Virus record (IMG/VR): IMGVR_UViG_3300020421_001669
Span: 97,407-161,406 of that record
Source: a virus
Reading direction: 5' to 3' (one strand)
Length of the DNA stretch: 64,000 nucleotides
Below the pieces are notes generated by a model. That model searched no databases. It saw nothing but the letters and a program-made list of their open reading frames with translations, and was not told where the DNA came from. Position numbers and translations under genes: made by a program. Of the stretch, positions 19,970 through 30,264 are shown in pieces; the stretch's first letter is position 1; each line of letters begins with the position of its first letter.

Positions 19970-20347
19970 ATGATTGAATTGAATGAAGAGAACTATTTAG
20001 TATACGCATTGAAGAATTATAATAGTCCAGAGTGTTCTGGAATGGATGATTTTGAAGAAGATATCAAGCGTTTTAAATACCTAAAAAGGTTATTTCGTAG
20101 GTACGAAAGAACAGAGGTTTTAAACGACAGACTTATTTTAAATCATCTTATAGTATTATACAATGTTTTCGACAAGGCGGCGACACCCTTGCTGTTCTAT
20201 AAAATAGACAAAGAACATTGGCCTATACTAAAAACTTTTCTGGTATTCTTGAATAGGATGCCAATGGAACAGATAATCACTGGTGGTGTTAGGGGAGATG
20301 ATATCCAACTAGACATGAAAGTGATTAATATTTTAAGGAAAATTTAA
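19970..20347 (+). CDS. Conserved T4-like hypothetical protein
   Basis: ELNEENY...YNSPEC...RLILNHLIVLYNVF. Confidence 0.75.
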   Translation: MIELNEENYLVYALKNYNSPECSGMDDFEEDIKRFKYLKRLFRRYERTEVLNDRLILNHLIVLYNVFDKAATPLLFYKIDKEHWPILKTFLVFLNRMPMEQIITGGVRGDDIQLDMKVINILRKI

Positions 20348-20892
20348 TGTCCAGAGTTGTAGACAGTTTAATCGCATATAGGATACTTAGGATGTTCTCA
20401 CAACCTATTAAGAAACATCCAGCGTATCTCATGGGAATTGTCGATGCAGACGGTAACAAGATAAAAGAACCATCTGGTTCTCAAGAATTGGATGCATATA
20501 CTTTACTGGACAAACTCGCTTTTAAAATTAAGCGAGCGTTAATGAAGTCTCCAGATAGAACCTCTAAAAGACTTCTTACATTTGCTGCCGCTATTGCTCT
20601 TCTACGCGAAAATAAAAATGTAGAAGATATGGAAGATGGTGAGTTTGAGGCATTGATTGATTTGTATTCAGAAGATGAAGATGTAATCAAAGAATCAAAA
20701 ATGTTAGAAATGGGTAGAACACCTTTCACCTATTTCGCCTTGGATGAAGAGATTGCAAATGTAGCAGGCCCGATGGGTGGTGGTGCAATTGCTGGTATAG
20801 GAACAGGCCCACAAGGAGAACCCGGCCGAAACCCTAGTCTCATGCCTCTTCAAAGAAGGAAGAAAAAGAGGCAATCTAATGGCAAACGGTAG
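20347..20892 (+). CDS. Conserved T4-like hypothetical protein
   Basis: YRILRMF...AYLMGIVDADG; TAATG-coupled. Confidence 0.7.
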   Translation: MSRVVDSLIAYRILRMFSQPIKKHPAYLMGIVDADGNKIKEPSGSQELDAYTLLDKLAFKIKRALMKSPDRTSKRLLTFAAAIALLRENKNVEDMEDGEFEALIDLYSEDEDVIKESKMLEMGRTPFTYFALDEEIANVAGPMGGGAIAGIGTGPQGEPGRNPSLMPLQRRKKKRQSNGKR

Positions 20893-21328
20893 TATCGAAA
20901 CGAAAATCGCAGTTATGGAACAAGACCTCAAACAAATGACAGGTTTGTTTGATAGACTAGACATTTCCATAGAAAAAATCACTGAACTAAATATTAGTAT
21001 AAAGGAAGTTTTAGCTGTGCATGAACAACGAATTACCGCAACGGAGGTTGACATAGAAAGAACATACGATACTTTTGAGGAGAAGTACGAACAACTACAC
21101 TCTCGTATATCAACAGTAAACCGAGAGATATCTAAAGAACTAAAAGACAATACTAATTCTGTACAAGATGCATTAAAAGAACTTACTCTTTTAATCTCAG
21201 AACACGCGAATCAACATGATGACAGAATTAGGTCTCTTGAAAAGAGACAATGGATGATGATGGGTGCTGCTGCTGTTCTGGGCTTTTTAATAGGGAATAC
21301 CGAGTTTTTTCAATTGATTCTCTCTTAA
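20879..21328 (+). CDS. Coiled-coil protein with C-terminal TM
   Basis: Heptads, RIRSLEKRQW, then a hydrophobic helix. Confidence 0.7.
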   Translation: MANGSIETKIAVMEQDLKQMTGLFDRLDISIEKITELNISIKEVLAVHEQRITATEVDIERTYDTFEEKYEQLHSRISTVNREISKELKDNTNSVQDALKELTLLISEHANQHDDRIRSLEKRQWMMMGAAAVLGFLIGNTEFFQLILS

Positions 21329-21346
21329 ATTTTATGGATTTTTGTT

Positions 21347-22336
21347 ATGATTATTTTATCAACTTTTGATGAAAGATTTGATGATTTGATAAGAGGTGAC
21401 TATGAACATGAAGATGTCATGGTCTACAATGCCGAAGAAATAGAAATCAGGTCAGATTTCGATTACTCCAAACTAAAAACAAAATCTTATACTGAAGTTA
21501 CTGGTAACATTGATGGCATCGACTCTATCGATTCACCTGTTTATCCTTGGTTCTGGTTGACAGATACGATTAGACACTGCTGGGATTTATCTTGGAATAA
21601 AGAACAACAGGACACATTGTCTGGAACAGACCCCAAACAATACTGGCAAACATCAAAGGAACCATCGACACTTTTTACATGTATGTTAGGACAAGGCCGT
21701 CCACATAGAAAAGTCATTTTTGATTTTCTTGAATTTTATAACATGCCGTTAAAATATGTAAGTTTTGCTACCAAGGGTATCTGGATAGATTTGAGACCAG
21801 AAACAATTTACCACAACAAGAATATAGATGAATTAGATTATCTGGTATGGACAGGTCAAAATAGACAGAAGACACATAGATTTCCTCCTTGGTATGATGA
21901 GGTATTGATAGACTTAGTAGTGGAAACACATGACGATGCAGTTTTTTATACAGAGAAAACTTGGAAACCTTTTTTGGGTATGAGACTGCCTATGATTTTT
22001 GGTGGTGCTGGTATGAATGTCTTTTTAAAAGATAATGGATTTAAATTTGCAGACAATTTAATTGATTATTCTTATGATAAAGTAGAAGACCCATATCTCA
22101 GAGCACAAGCCTTAGTTTCAGAACTTAAAAGACTCAATGAATTAGACTTGAATACATTACATCATGAGACTTTGGAAATACGAAAATATAACCAGAAAAG
22201 AGCCCTAGAGATACCAAAAGAGATTGATGTGCCAAAGTTCCGCAAATATGAGGAAACCCACCAACACGCGATTGGTATTGGTAGTGCTATAATTAACGAA
22301 GATTATAGCTATTTTGTAGAAGATTTTTCAAAATAA
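21347..22336 (+). CDS. Glycosyltransferase-like protein (GT10-like C-terminus)
   Basis: LVVET...FYTEKTWKP...PMIFG...GF...DYSYD. Confidence 0.55.
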   Translation: MIILSTFDERFDDLIRGDYEHEDVMVYNAEEIEIRSDFDYSKLKTKSYTEVTGNIDGIDSIDSPVYPWFWLTDTIRHCWDLSWNKEQQDTLSGTDPKQYWQTSKEPSTLFTCMLGQGRPHRKVIFDFLEFYNMPLKYVSFATKGIWIDLRPETIYHNKNIDELDYLVWTGQNRQKTHRFPPWYDEVLIDLVVETHDDAVFYTEKTWKPFLGMRLPMIFGGAGMNVFLKDNGFKFADNLIDYSYDKVEDPYLRAQALVSELKRLNELDLNTLHHETLEIRKYNQKRALEIPKEIDVPKFRKYEETHQHAIGIGSAIINEDYSYFVEDFSK

Positions 22337-22349
22337 TTTAAAAAATCGC

Positions 22350-22378
22350 TTGACTTCTGCCCCCGGCGAATGTATAAT
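22350..22378 (+). promoter_or_regulatory. sigma70 promoter of the primase gene (probably leaderless transcript)
   Basis: TTGACT-17-TATAAT with an upstream A-tract. Confidence 0.8.
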
Positions 22379-22385
22379 ATGACCT

Positions 22386-23429
22386 ATGCTTTATGTAGAT
22401 GTGAAATATATCAACTTGATATCTCATCATTTTGAGAAATTCAAGAAAAAGAATGATTATCTTTGGAATGTAAGATGCCCGTTCTGTGGCGATTCACGCA
22501 AGAATCAAAACAAGATGCGTGGATATTTTTTCCGCAAAGAAAACAATATGATTTACAAATGCCACAACTGTGGTTTTGGTGCTAGCGTTGCGACTGTTCT
22601 CAAAGAACTCGCACCTACTACACACAAGGAATATTGTCTTGAAAGATTTGGTGAGAATGAGAATAAAAACTGGGAACCAAAGGGCGCAAACTGGACTCCA
22701 AACGGACACAAATTGTTTGATGATAAACCAGTAGAACCACCCAAGTTCACACCAAAATTTAGTTTATTTGATAAACTTGTGGATAGATTGGATACACTTC
22801 CATATGACCATGAGGCAGTTCAATATGTGAAAAGTAGAAATATTCCAAATGATAAATTGGATCGACTTTACTATATTGATAACATAAAAAATATAGTACA
22901 ACTTAATGACAAATACTCTAAATCGATAGTAACAGAAGAACCCAGATTGGTCATTCCCTTCTTTGACCAAGATGGACAGTTGATGTCGGTGTCATTAAGA
23001 GCTATGAGAGGGGAAACACTGAGGTATATTCTAGTTAAAGTTAAAGAGGATGCACCTACAGTATTCGGTTTGGATAGAGTTGATATGTCTAAACCTATAT
23101 CAGTTGTTGAAGGGCCGATAGATAGTCTGTTTCTTGAAAACAGTATTGCCTGTTCTGGCACTTCATTCAACAAAATTGAACAATTGGGAATCAACCATGA
23201 TAAGATTACAATCGTGTTCGACAATCAACCGCGTAACAAAGATGTTGTTAAGTTGGTTGAAAAATATGTTGACCTTGATTATAATGTTGTCATATGGCCA
23301 GAATCAATTGTACAAAAAGATATAAATGATATGGTGAACGATGGTATTGATGTACGCGATGTTATTAGTAGTAATACACAGAGTGGACTGACTGCCAAGT
23401 TTTTATTAAATCAATGGAAAAAATGTTAG
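22386..23429 (+). CDS. 61: DNA primase (gp61)
   Basis: RCPFCGDS, CHNCG zinc finger, VEGPIDS and FDNQPRN Toprim motifs, KDINDM. Confidence 0.96.
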   Translation: MLYVDVKYINLISHHFEKFKKKNDYLWNVRCPFCGDSRKNQNKMRGYFFRKENNMIYKCHNCGFGASVATVLKELAPTTHKEYCLERFGENENKNWEPKGANWTPNGHKLFDDKPVEPPKFTPKFSLFDKLVDRLDTLPYDHEAVQYVKSRNIPNDKLDRLYYIDNIKNIVQLNDKYSKSIVTEEPRLVIPFFDQDGQLMSVSLRAMRGETLRYILVKVKEDAPTVFGLDRVDMSKPISVVEGPIDSLFLENSIACSGTSFNKIEQLGINHDKITIVFDNQPRNKDVVKLVEKYVDLDYNVVIWPESIVQKDINDMVNDGIDVRDVISSNTQSGLTAKFLLNQWKKC

Positions 23430-23439
23430 GAGCAAATAC

Positions 23440-23760
23440 ATGATTGAAGAAAATGTACTAGCAGCTACTGATACACTCATATTACTTGGTGTTCTGGTAA
23501 TTTCTGCACTCTTCATCGGCGCTTTCACTATTAGACCAAAGGTAGAAAAAAGTCTGCAAAATGTTACAGATAAAACTGTGACTATGGAAGACAAAATCAA
23601 AGAACAGTCTACTGTCGATTTTGGTAAAATGACAAAAGCAAAGCTTGATGAGTACGGAGAGTCAAAAGGAATTAAACTTGACCGAAGAAAAACCAAAGCA
23701 AATATGATTGCGGATTTAGAAGCTGCAATGAAAGGTAACAATCACAAACTAGGAAAATAA
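23440..23760 (+). CDS. Membrane-anchored protein with HeH/Rho-N-like motif
   Basis: N-terminal TM; KMTKAKLDEYG...LDRRKTKANMI. Confidence 0.55.
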   Translation: MIEENVLAATDTLILLGVLVISALFIGAFTIRPKVEKSLQNVTDKTVTMEDKIKEQSTVDFGKMTKAKLDEYGESKGIKLDRRKTKANMIADLEAAMKGNNHKLGK

Positions 23761-23765
23761 AAATT

Positions 23766-24449
23766 ATGAACCATGAAGTGAGTTTGATAGGTTTAACACA
23801 ACCTTCAGCCTATACTGGTTGTCGTACTGCAAATGAACTAATTGCATACGCGGCTAGGGTTAGTAACCCAGAAAACCAGATGAATGTAAAAACCGCACCA
23901 AAGTTATTGGCTTATCTTATTAAGCATGAACATTGGTCACCTTTTGAAATTGTTTCTTTGACGATGGAAATTAAAACAACGCGAGATATTGGTAGACAAA
24001 TACTAAGACATCGTAGTTTTTCTTTCCAAGAGTTTAGTCAAAGATATGCTGTATCAGAAGATTTTGTAACTAGGGATGCTAGATTACAGGATGAGAAGAA
24101 CAGACAAAATTCTATCGAAATTGGTGAGGCTATTGAAGAACAACAATTCAAAGAGCAGTGGTCTATGCAACAGGCGAAAGTTATGCATGAATCTAAAAAA
24201 GCTTACCAGTGGGCCCTAGATAATGGGATTGCTAAGGAACAAGCTAGAGCAGTGTTACCAGAAGGTAATACTATGACCACCATATACATGGCTGGTACAC
24301 TGCGGTCTTGGATTCATTATTGTGGTCTTAGGGGTGGACATGGTACACAGTTAGAACACACTAAGATAGCAAACATATGCTGGGAAATAATAGGACAACA
24401 CTTCCCAGATGTAGTAAAGGCGGTACAAGATGCGAGACAAGGCGACTAG
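23766..24449 (+). CDS. thyX: Flavin-dependent thymidylate synthase
   Basis: HWSPFE and the ThyX motif RHRSFSFQEFSQRY. Confidence 0.96.
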   Translation: MNHEVSLIGLTQPSAYTGCRTANELIAYAARVSNPENQMNVKTAPKLLAYLIKHEHWSPFEIVSLTMEIKTTRDIGRQILRHRSFSFQEFSQRYAVSEDFVTRDARLQDEKNRQNSIEIGEAIEEQQFKEQWSMQQAKVMHESKKAYQWALDNGIAKEQARAVLPEGNTMTTIYMAGTLRSWIHYCGLRGGHGTQLEHTKIANICWEIIGQHFPDVVKAVQDARQGD

Positions 24450-25272
24450 TAGGTATAAAGCATTTGAAAGGATTTATTTCGGTAAAACCGAGGATGAAGA
24501 TAAACACATTGATTTAGTCAAGGGTAGAATACCATATGCCTTTGGTTGGAATAGGAAACTAAACGAACCAGTAAGACATAAATGGAGTTCTACTGATAGT
24601 GAAGATGCTTGGGAGTCTAATTTAAAAAACCAGAAAGACCTTTTGGAAAAGTATGGTTGGTTGGACACTGAAGTTTACTATGACCTTAACTCACATGGAT
24701 ATCGTACAGATGAATTTCGGGAGTCGCCGGACTCTATTGTTGCTATAGGAGAATGTTTTACCTATGGCACTGGACTACCAGTAGAGATGACATGGCCATA
24801 TCTATTGGGTAAAGAGATTGATACTAAGATATGGAACTTGGGATTATGTACTACAGGACTTGATGTTAGTTTTAGAAGTCTGATAAGTTGGTTACCTGTA
24901 ATAAAACCTAAGATGGTTCTATTATTAGAGAACAGTCAATTGGGTAGAGAAGTATGGTACATAGATGAAGAGAAGGATGAGTGGAATACTCAGATTGGAT
25001 TTTGGTCTGACCACGACTGGCAAAGAGAATTGGTAGAATCTAAAACAGAAAGATTTATATCAAGACAAAAGAATTTACTTGCCATAAAACAGTTGTGTCA
25101 AATACACGACATAGAGTTGAAAATCATATCCGCGAGAGAAAGAAACGAGATAGGATTGTCAAATTGGAATGAACATAAAGAAGAAAAGTATGCATTGTCT
25201 AGGGATTTAATGCACCCAGGCCTTGCATTTCATCAAGAGATGGTAAAACGCTGGAAAGAGGAACAACTATAA
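24430..25272 (+). CDS. SGNH/GDSL-hydrolase-like protein
   Basis: GECFTYG block I (Ser replaced by Cys), WNLG, DLMHPG. Confidence 0.55.
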   Translation: MRDKATSRYKAFERIYFGKTEDEDKHIDLVKGRIPYAFGWNRKLNEPVRHKWSSTDSEDAWESNLKNQKDLLEKYGWLDTEVYYDLNSHGYRTDEFRESPDSIVAIGECFTYGTGLPVEMTWPYLLGKEIDTKIWNLGLCTTGLDVSFRSLISWLPVIKPKMVLLLENSQLGREVWYIDEEKDEWNTQIGFWSDHDWQRELVESKTERFISRQKNLLAIKQLCQIHDIELKIISARERNEIGLSNWNEHKEEKYALSRDLMHPGLAFHQEMVKRWKEEQL

Positions 25273-27071
25273 TGGCGACAGAAGATTATTTAGGAATTAA
25301 AATAGACAGGGAGAGAGACCAGTTATTCGATAAGTTGGGTATTCAGCGTCTACAAGAAAGTTACATGAAAGAGGAAGAAGATAGTCCACAACAGAGGTTT
25401 GCTTTTGTGAGCAAGTCATTTGCTTCAAATGATGAACACGCACAGAGGTTATACGACTATTCTAGTAAACACTGGTTGTCTTACTCTACACCTATCCTAT
25501 CATTTGGTAGGTCTAATAAGGGACTACCTATTTCATGTTTTTTAAATTACATTAACGATACAGCGGAGGGATTAGTTGAAAATCTATCAGAAACAAATTG
25601 GCTTAGTATGCTTGGGGGCGGTGTTGGTATTGGGTTTGGTATCCGAGCTAGCGATGATAAGTCTACTGGCGTCTTGCCACATCTCAAAACCTATGACTCA
25701 AGTTCACTCGCCTATAGACAGGGTAAGACACGAAGGGGTAGTTATGCCGCTTACCTCGACATTAGTCACCCCGATATTACAATGTTTCTCGAAATGCGTA
25801 AACCAACAGGAGACCAAAACCTCAGATGTCTAAATCTACATCACGGTATTAATATCAGTGATAGGTTTATGCAACTAATTGAGAAGTGCATGTCAGACCC
25901 AGATGCTGATGATAGGTGGAATCTAACAGACCCACACACAGGGGAAGTGCGAGATACAGTATCAGCGAAAGCATTGTGGCAGAAAATACTAGAAATGAGA
26001 ATGGAGACAGGAGAACCTTATTTACATTTTGTTGATGCAAGTAATCGTGGATTGCCAGAGTGGTTAAAAGAGAAGGGATTAAAAATTAATCAGTCTAATC
26101 TTTGTTCAGAGATTATATTACCAACCAATGAAAACAGAACTGCTGTTTGTTGTTTATCATCTGTGAACCTAGAACACTATGACGCATGGTCAAAGAGTAC
26201 CACATTCTTGAGAGATGTGGCAGAGATGTTAGATAATGTATTACAGTATTTTATTGACAACGCACCAGATACAGTATCAAGAGCAGTATTTTCAGCGAAA
26301 CAGGAAAGAAGTATTGGGATTGGTGCATTAGGATTTCATGCATATCTCCAGAAAAACAGTATACCATTTGAAGGATTTATGGCGAAGTCAACAAATATCA
26401 GAATGTTCAAACTAATAAGGGGAAAACTAGATGAAGCAAACTTGGACTTGGGTAAAGAAAGAGGGGAAGCTATTGATGCGAAGGGGACAGGAAGAAGATT
26501 TAGTCATGTTATGGCTATCGCTCCCAATGCTAGTAGCTCTATTATTATGGGAAACACCTCGCCGTCTATTGAACCGTATCGTGCAAACGCTTACAGGCAG
26601 GACACATTATCTGGAGCGTATCTCAATAAGAATAAGCACTTGGATATTATTATTAAAGATAAATGCGAGACTAACAAAAGACTCGATTATGACAAAATTT
26701 GGTCATCGATAATTGCCAACGATGGGTCAGTACAACATGTAACATGTCTGGATGATAAAGAAAAAGAAATCTACAAGACTGCCATGGAGATTGACCAACG
26801 ATGGGTAGTAGAACATGCATCTACTAGACAAGAGTGGATTGACCAAGCACAGTCTGTTAATTTATTTTTCAGACCAGATGTTAATATTAAATATTTACAC
26901 GCGATACATTATCTAGCATGGAAACAAGGGATGAAGACTCTATACTATTGTAGGTCAGAAAAACTTGGTAAAGCAGATAAGGTCTCTAAAAGAATTGAAA
27001 GGGAAGCAATAAAAGAGATTGATTTTCAGAGTATGATTGATGGTGAAAATTGTGTTGCATGTGAAGGATGA
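25272..27071 (+). CDS. nrdA: Ribonucleotide reductase class Ia, alpha subunit
   Basis: PISCF, SNLCSEI, AIAPNASSS, TLYY, C-terminal CVACEG. Confidence 0.97.
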   Translation: MATEDYLGIKIDRERDQLFDKLGIQRLQESYMKEEEDSPQQRFAFVSKSFASNDEHAQRLYDYSSKHWLSYSTPILSFGRSNKGLPISCFLNYINDTAEGLVENLSETNWLSMLGGGVGIGFGIRASDDKSTGVLPHLKTYDSSSLAYRQGKTRRGSYAAYLDISHPDITMFLEMRKPTGDQNLRCLNLHHGINISDRFMQLIEKCMSDPDADDRWNLTDPHTGEVRDTVSAKALWQKILEMRMETGEPYLHFVDASNRGLPEWLKEKGLKINQSNLCSEIILPTNENRTAVCCLSSVNLEHYDAWSKSTTFLRDVAEMLDNVLQYFIDNAPDTVSRAVFSAKQERSIGIGALGFHAYLQKNSIPFEGFMAKSTNIRMFKLIRGKLDEANLDLGKERGEAIDAKGTGRRFSHVMAIAPNASSSIIMGNTSPSIEPYRANAYRQDTLSGAYLNKNKHLDIIIKDKCETNKRLDYDKIWSSIIANDGSVQHVTCLDDKEKEIYKTAMEIDQRWVVEHASTRQEWIDQAQSVNLFFRPDVNIKYLHAIHYLAWKQGMKTLYYCRSEKLGKADKVSKRIEREAIKEIDFQSMIDGENCVACEG

Positions 27072-27681
27072 TATAGAAAAAGAAATACCACTAAATAAGA
27101 AGATTGCGGTTTTAGTTAGTGGTGGATGGGACAGTGCCATTATGTGGTATCTGGTCAAATCAGTGTGTATGGAACGCAATCAAGAGTGTAATCCGTTTAC
27201 AGTACCAAAGATTGATGGTGCGGAACATTACGCTAATATGGTGCTAGAATGGTCTTCTAACCGTCTAGGACACGCCAAGATAAAGACAACCATTGTAGGG
27301 GATGTATCATCCGATAATCCTTCTGATTATGTTACCAGTGGTGGTTGGGATATCTGGAACAGAGGTTTGGGTGAACATTTATTCAGCGCAGTAAATGCCT
27401 ACCCACCAAATCAAAGGTCTATGCTACCAGAGGGTTACCCTTTACCCAATGATAGATTTATTAAGACCGATGAACACAAGCATTTAAGTGTGCCTTTCGC
27501 AGACTTTACAAAAGATAAAATTGTACAGTTAGGATTTGATTTAGGTATAGCAGAAGACATTATGCCTATCACTCATAGTTGTACGGAATTGGACAGGGGC
27601 CGATGTGGTAACTGCTGGTGGTGTAAAGAAAGAGAGTGGGCTTTTAACGAAATAGGTCAAAAAGATACTGGAGAGAACTAA
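27061..27681 (+). CDS. QueC-like PP-loop ATPase
   Basis: VLVSGGWDS PP-loop; THSC...CGNCWWCKER zinc motif. Confidence 0.7.
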   Translation: MKDDIEKEIPLNKKIAVLVSGGWDSAIMWYLVKSVCMERNQECNPFTVPKIDGAEHYANMVLEWSSNRLGHAKIKTTIVGDVSSDNPSDYVTSGGWDIWNRGLGEHLFSAVNAYPPNQRSMLPEGYPLPNDRFIKTDEHKHLSVPFADFTKDKIVQLGFDLGIAEDIMPITHSCTELDRGRCGNCWWCKEREWAFNEIGQKDTGEN

Positions 27682-28670
27682 TGACACCTAAACAAGATTT
27701 AACAAGTAAAAGAGAATATTTTAAACCCTTCAACTACCCTTGGGCATACGAGGCATGGTTGAAACATGAACAGTCTCATTGGTTACATACCGAAGTACCG
27801 ATGGCAGAAGATGTAAAAGATTGGAAGGAACGATTATCACAAGAAGAGAAAGCATTTCTCACTAATATATTTCGATTCTTCACACAGGGTGACATAGATG
27901 TGGCAGATGGGTATGTGACTAACTATCTGCCATATTTTCCGCAACCAGAAATACGAATGATGTTATCTGGATTTGCCGCTCGAGAAGCATTGCATGTTGC
28001 CGCTTACTCACATCTAATTGAGACTCTTGGGATGCCTGAAAGTACATACAGTGAGTTCTTGGAGTATCAGGCAATGGCAGATAAACACGAATACTTTATG
28101 GACTTATCAAAAGCAAATGGAACCGCAGAGAGTGTTGCCACTAATATCGCCGCCTTTAGTGCATTTACTGAGGGTATGCAGTTGTTTAGTTCTTTCATTA
28201 TGTTATTGAACTTTCCGCGTCACGGTAAGATGAAAGGTATGGGTCAGATTATTACATGGTCTATTGTAGATGAGACTATGCACGCTGAGTCTATGATTAA
28301 GTTGTTTAGAACTTACATAGAGGAGAACAGAAGACTATGGAAGGATTCTCTTAAAAGAGAAATATATACCATTGCTGAAAATATGGTAGAGTTAGAAGAA
28401 AAATTTATTGACCTTGCATTTGCTATGGGGCCAATGGAGAATCTAAAACCAGAAGATGTTAAAACATATATTCGATACATTGCTGACAGGAGATTGATTA
28501 GTTTGGGTATGAGAGGTATATTCAAGGTAAAAAGAAATCCACTATTGTGGGTAGAAGAAATGATTAACGCACCTACACATACAAACTTCTTTGAAAATAG
28601 AGCAACTGATTATGCGAGGGGGGCGCTCCAAGGGAAGTGGGATGATGTCTGGGGGACAGCAGTAGCATAA
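27681..28670 (+). CDS. nrdB: Ribonucleotide reductase class Ia, beta subunit
   Basis: FFTQGD, EALHVAAY, EGMQLFSSF, DETMH, NFFE. Confidence 0.97.
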   Translation: MTPKQDLTSKREYFKPFNYPWAYEAWLKHEQSHWLHTEVPMAEDVKDWKERLSQEEKAFLTNIFRFFTQGDIDVADGYVTNYLPYFPQPEIRMMLSGFAAREALHVAAYSHLIETLGMPESTYSEFLEYQAMADKHEYFMDLSKANGTAESVATNIAAFSAFTEGMQLFSSFIMLLNFPRHGKMKGMGQIITWSIVDETMHAESMIKLFRTYIEENRRLWKDSLKREIYTIAENMVELEEKFIDLAFAMGPMENLKPEDVKTYIRYIADRRLISLGMRGIFKVKRNPLLWVEEMINAPTHTNFFENRATDYARGALQGKWDDVWGTAVA

Positions 28671-28671
28671 T

Positions 28672-28854
28672 ATGACTGAACCTTCAAAACATATAGAGTG
28701 TGTCAAATGTGATGCAGTTTACCGAATAAAACATGATATGTCGGATTCCCATTATCGTATGGAGTATTGTACATTCTGTGGTTCGAGATTAGAACTTGAA
28801 GAAGAGTTAGAACAAGAGGATTGGGATAAAGAAGAGGTAATTGAGGATTGGTAG
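28672..28854 (+). CDS. Small zinc-ribbon protein
   Basis: CVKC...CTFCG with an acidic tail. Confidence 0.7.
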   Translation: MTEPSKHIECVKCDAVYRIKHDMSDSHYRMEYCTFCGSRLELEEELEQEDWDKEEVIEDW

Positions 28855-29288
28855 TGGATAAGTTTGATAAAGCGCATATGCAAACAGCAAATGTATATGC
28901 AAAATTATCACCCGCCAAGAGATTAAAGGTTGGGTGTATATTGGTGAAAGAGAATAGAATTGTCTCTATTGGATACAATGGTACGCCATCTGGATGGAGT
29001 AACGATTGCGAATATCCAAGTAAAAGAGGCGCATTGACAGGCAATGTCATAGAACTAAAAACTAAACCAGAGGTATTACACGCGGAGACAAATGCAATTG
29101 CTAAAGTTGCGAGGTCTACAGAAAGTGCTGAGGGTACTACATTGTACACCACTCACGCACCATGTTTAGATTGTTCTAAGTTGATATATCAGTCTGGTAT
29201 TAGTGCGGTTTACTACGAGAAGGAATATAGAACAGAGGAAGGCATTAAGTTTTTAAAGAAATCTGGAGTACCAGTTTTCAAAATGTAG
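28848..29288 (+). CDS. cd: dCMP deaminase
   Basis: GYNG, HAETNAI, PCLDC. Confidence 0.93.
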   Translation: MVVDKFDKAHMQTANVYAKLSPAKRLKVGCILVKENRIVSIGYNGTPSGWSNDCEYPSKRGALTGNVIELKTKPEVLHAETNAIAKVARSTESAEGTTLYTTHAPCLDCSKLIYQSGISAVYYEKEYRTEEGIKFLKKSGVPVFKM

Positions 29289-29296
29289 GAGTAAAT

Positions 29297-29968
29297 ATGG
29301 TTGAATTTTATGGGCATGAGTTGAAACATGATGATAGTTGTTTTACACCAACTACAATAACAAAGTTTACGGCAATCAATGTGCCAGTCGAAGGTAAAAA
29401 GGTTTTAGACCTTGGTTGTGGTATTGGCCCACTTGCTATATACTATGCAAAGAATGGTGCTGAATCTGTGACTGCTGTTGATGTTTATGAGAAACATTGT
29501 TTTTATACCATGATTAATGCTGCTACGAATAATGTACAAGACAAAGTAAAAGTTATCAAGAGTGATTTGTTTGAAGATGTACACGAAAAATTTGATGTTA
29601 TATCGTGTGATGTGTCTGGTGTAGATAGAAGGGTAGCAGAGATGACAGGGTGGTTCCCCGATGGAGTACCCAAGGCAGATGAGACAGGTGCTGATATTAT
29701 ATGTCGTGCAATCAAAGATGCCCCTAATTATCTAAATGAGGGTGGCGATTTCTATTTGTGTACTGCTCAGTTTTCAGACTTACAAAAGATACAAGTACAG
29801 ATGTCACAGACTCAAGGGTTGAATCAAGGGGAGAAAGTATTTGAAAAGTCTATACCTTTTTCTAAGAGGTTATTAGAAAATATAGATAACTTAGACCCCA
29901 AACATTATAACAAAAGGGGTTCAAGATATTTTTGGAATTTTGCTCTATGGAGAATGGGTCTATTATGA
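29297..29968 (+). CDS. Class I SAM methyltransferase (PrmC/MTS-like)
   Basis: VLDLGCGIG, SDLF, FDVI. Confidence 0.85.
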   Translation: MVEFYGHELKHDDSCFTPTTITKFTAINVPVEGKKVLDLGCGIGPLAIYYAKNGAESVTAVDVYEKHCFYTMINAATNNVQDKVKVIKSDLFEDVHEKFDVISCDVSGVDRRVAEMTGWFPDGVPKADETGADIICRAIKDAPNYLNEGGDFYLCTAQFSDLQKIQVQMSQTQGLNQGEKVFEKSIPFSKRLLENIDNLDPKHYNKRGSRYFWNFALWRMGLL

Positions 29969-30261
29969 AAAAGTTGACTACATTATGGATGATATTTTTG
30001 TGGTTTCTTTTACTACCTATCATAGCATTCATACCACATTCTAATTGTTGGTACTATTCTGTTAAAAGATGGGTACTAGAAGGATTCAAGGGTAAAGTAA
30101 TACCAGTTGAAAGTAGAAGGTGGAGAGGATATCACTGTGTCTATCAAGATGCTAATGGAGAACTATGGGAGTATACATTAAAAAGGATGCCTAGGTTTAT
30201 GCCTTGGTGGCAATTAATAGTATACAGGGGTGTTGAAAGACGATACCGTGGAAAAATATAA
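29965..30261 (+). CDS. Small membrane protein
   Basis: N-terminal TM; Trp/Arg-rich. Confidence 0.6.
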   Translation: MKKLTTLWMIFLWFLLLPIIAFIPHSNCWYYSVKRWVLEGFKGKVIPVESRRWRGYHCVYQDANGELWEYTLKRMPRFMPWWQLIVYRGVERRYRGKI

Positions 30262-30264
30262 AAT

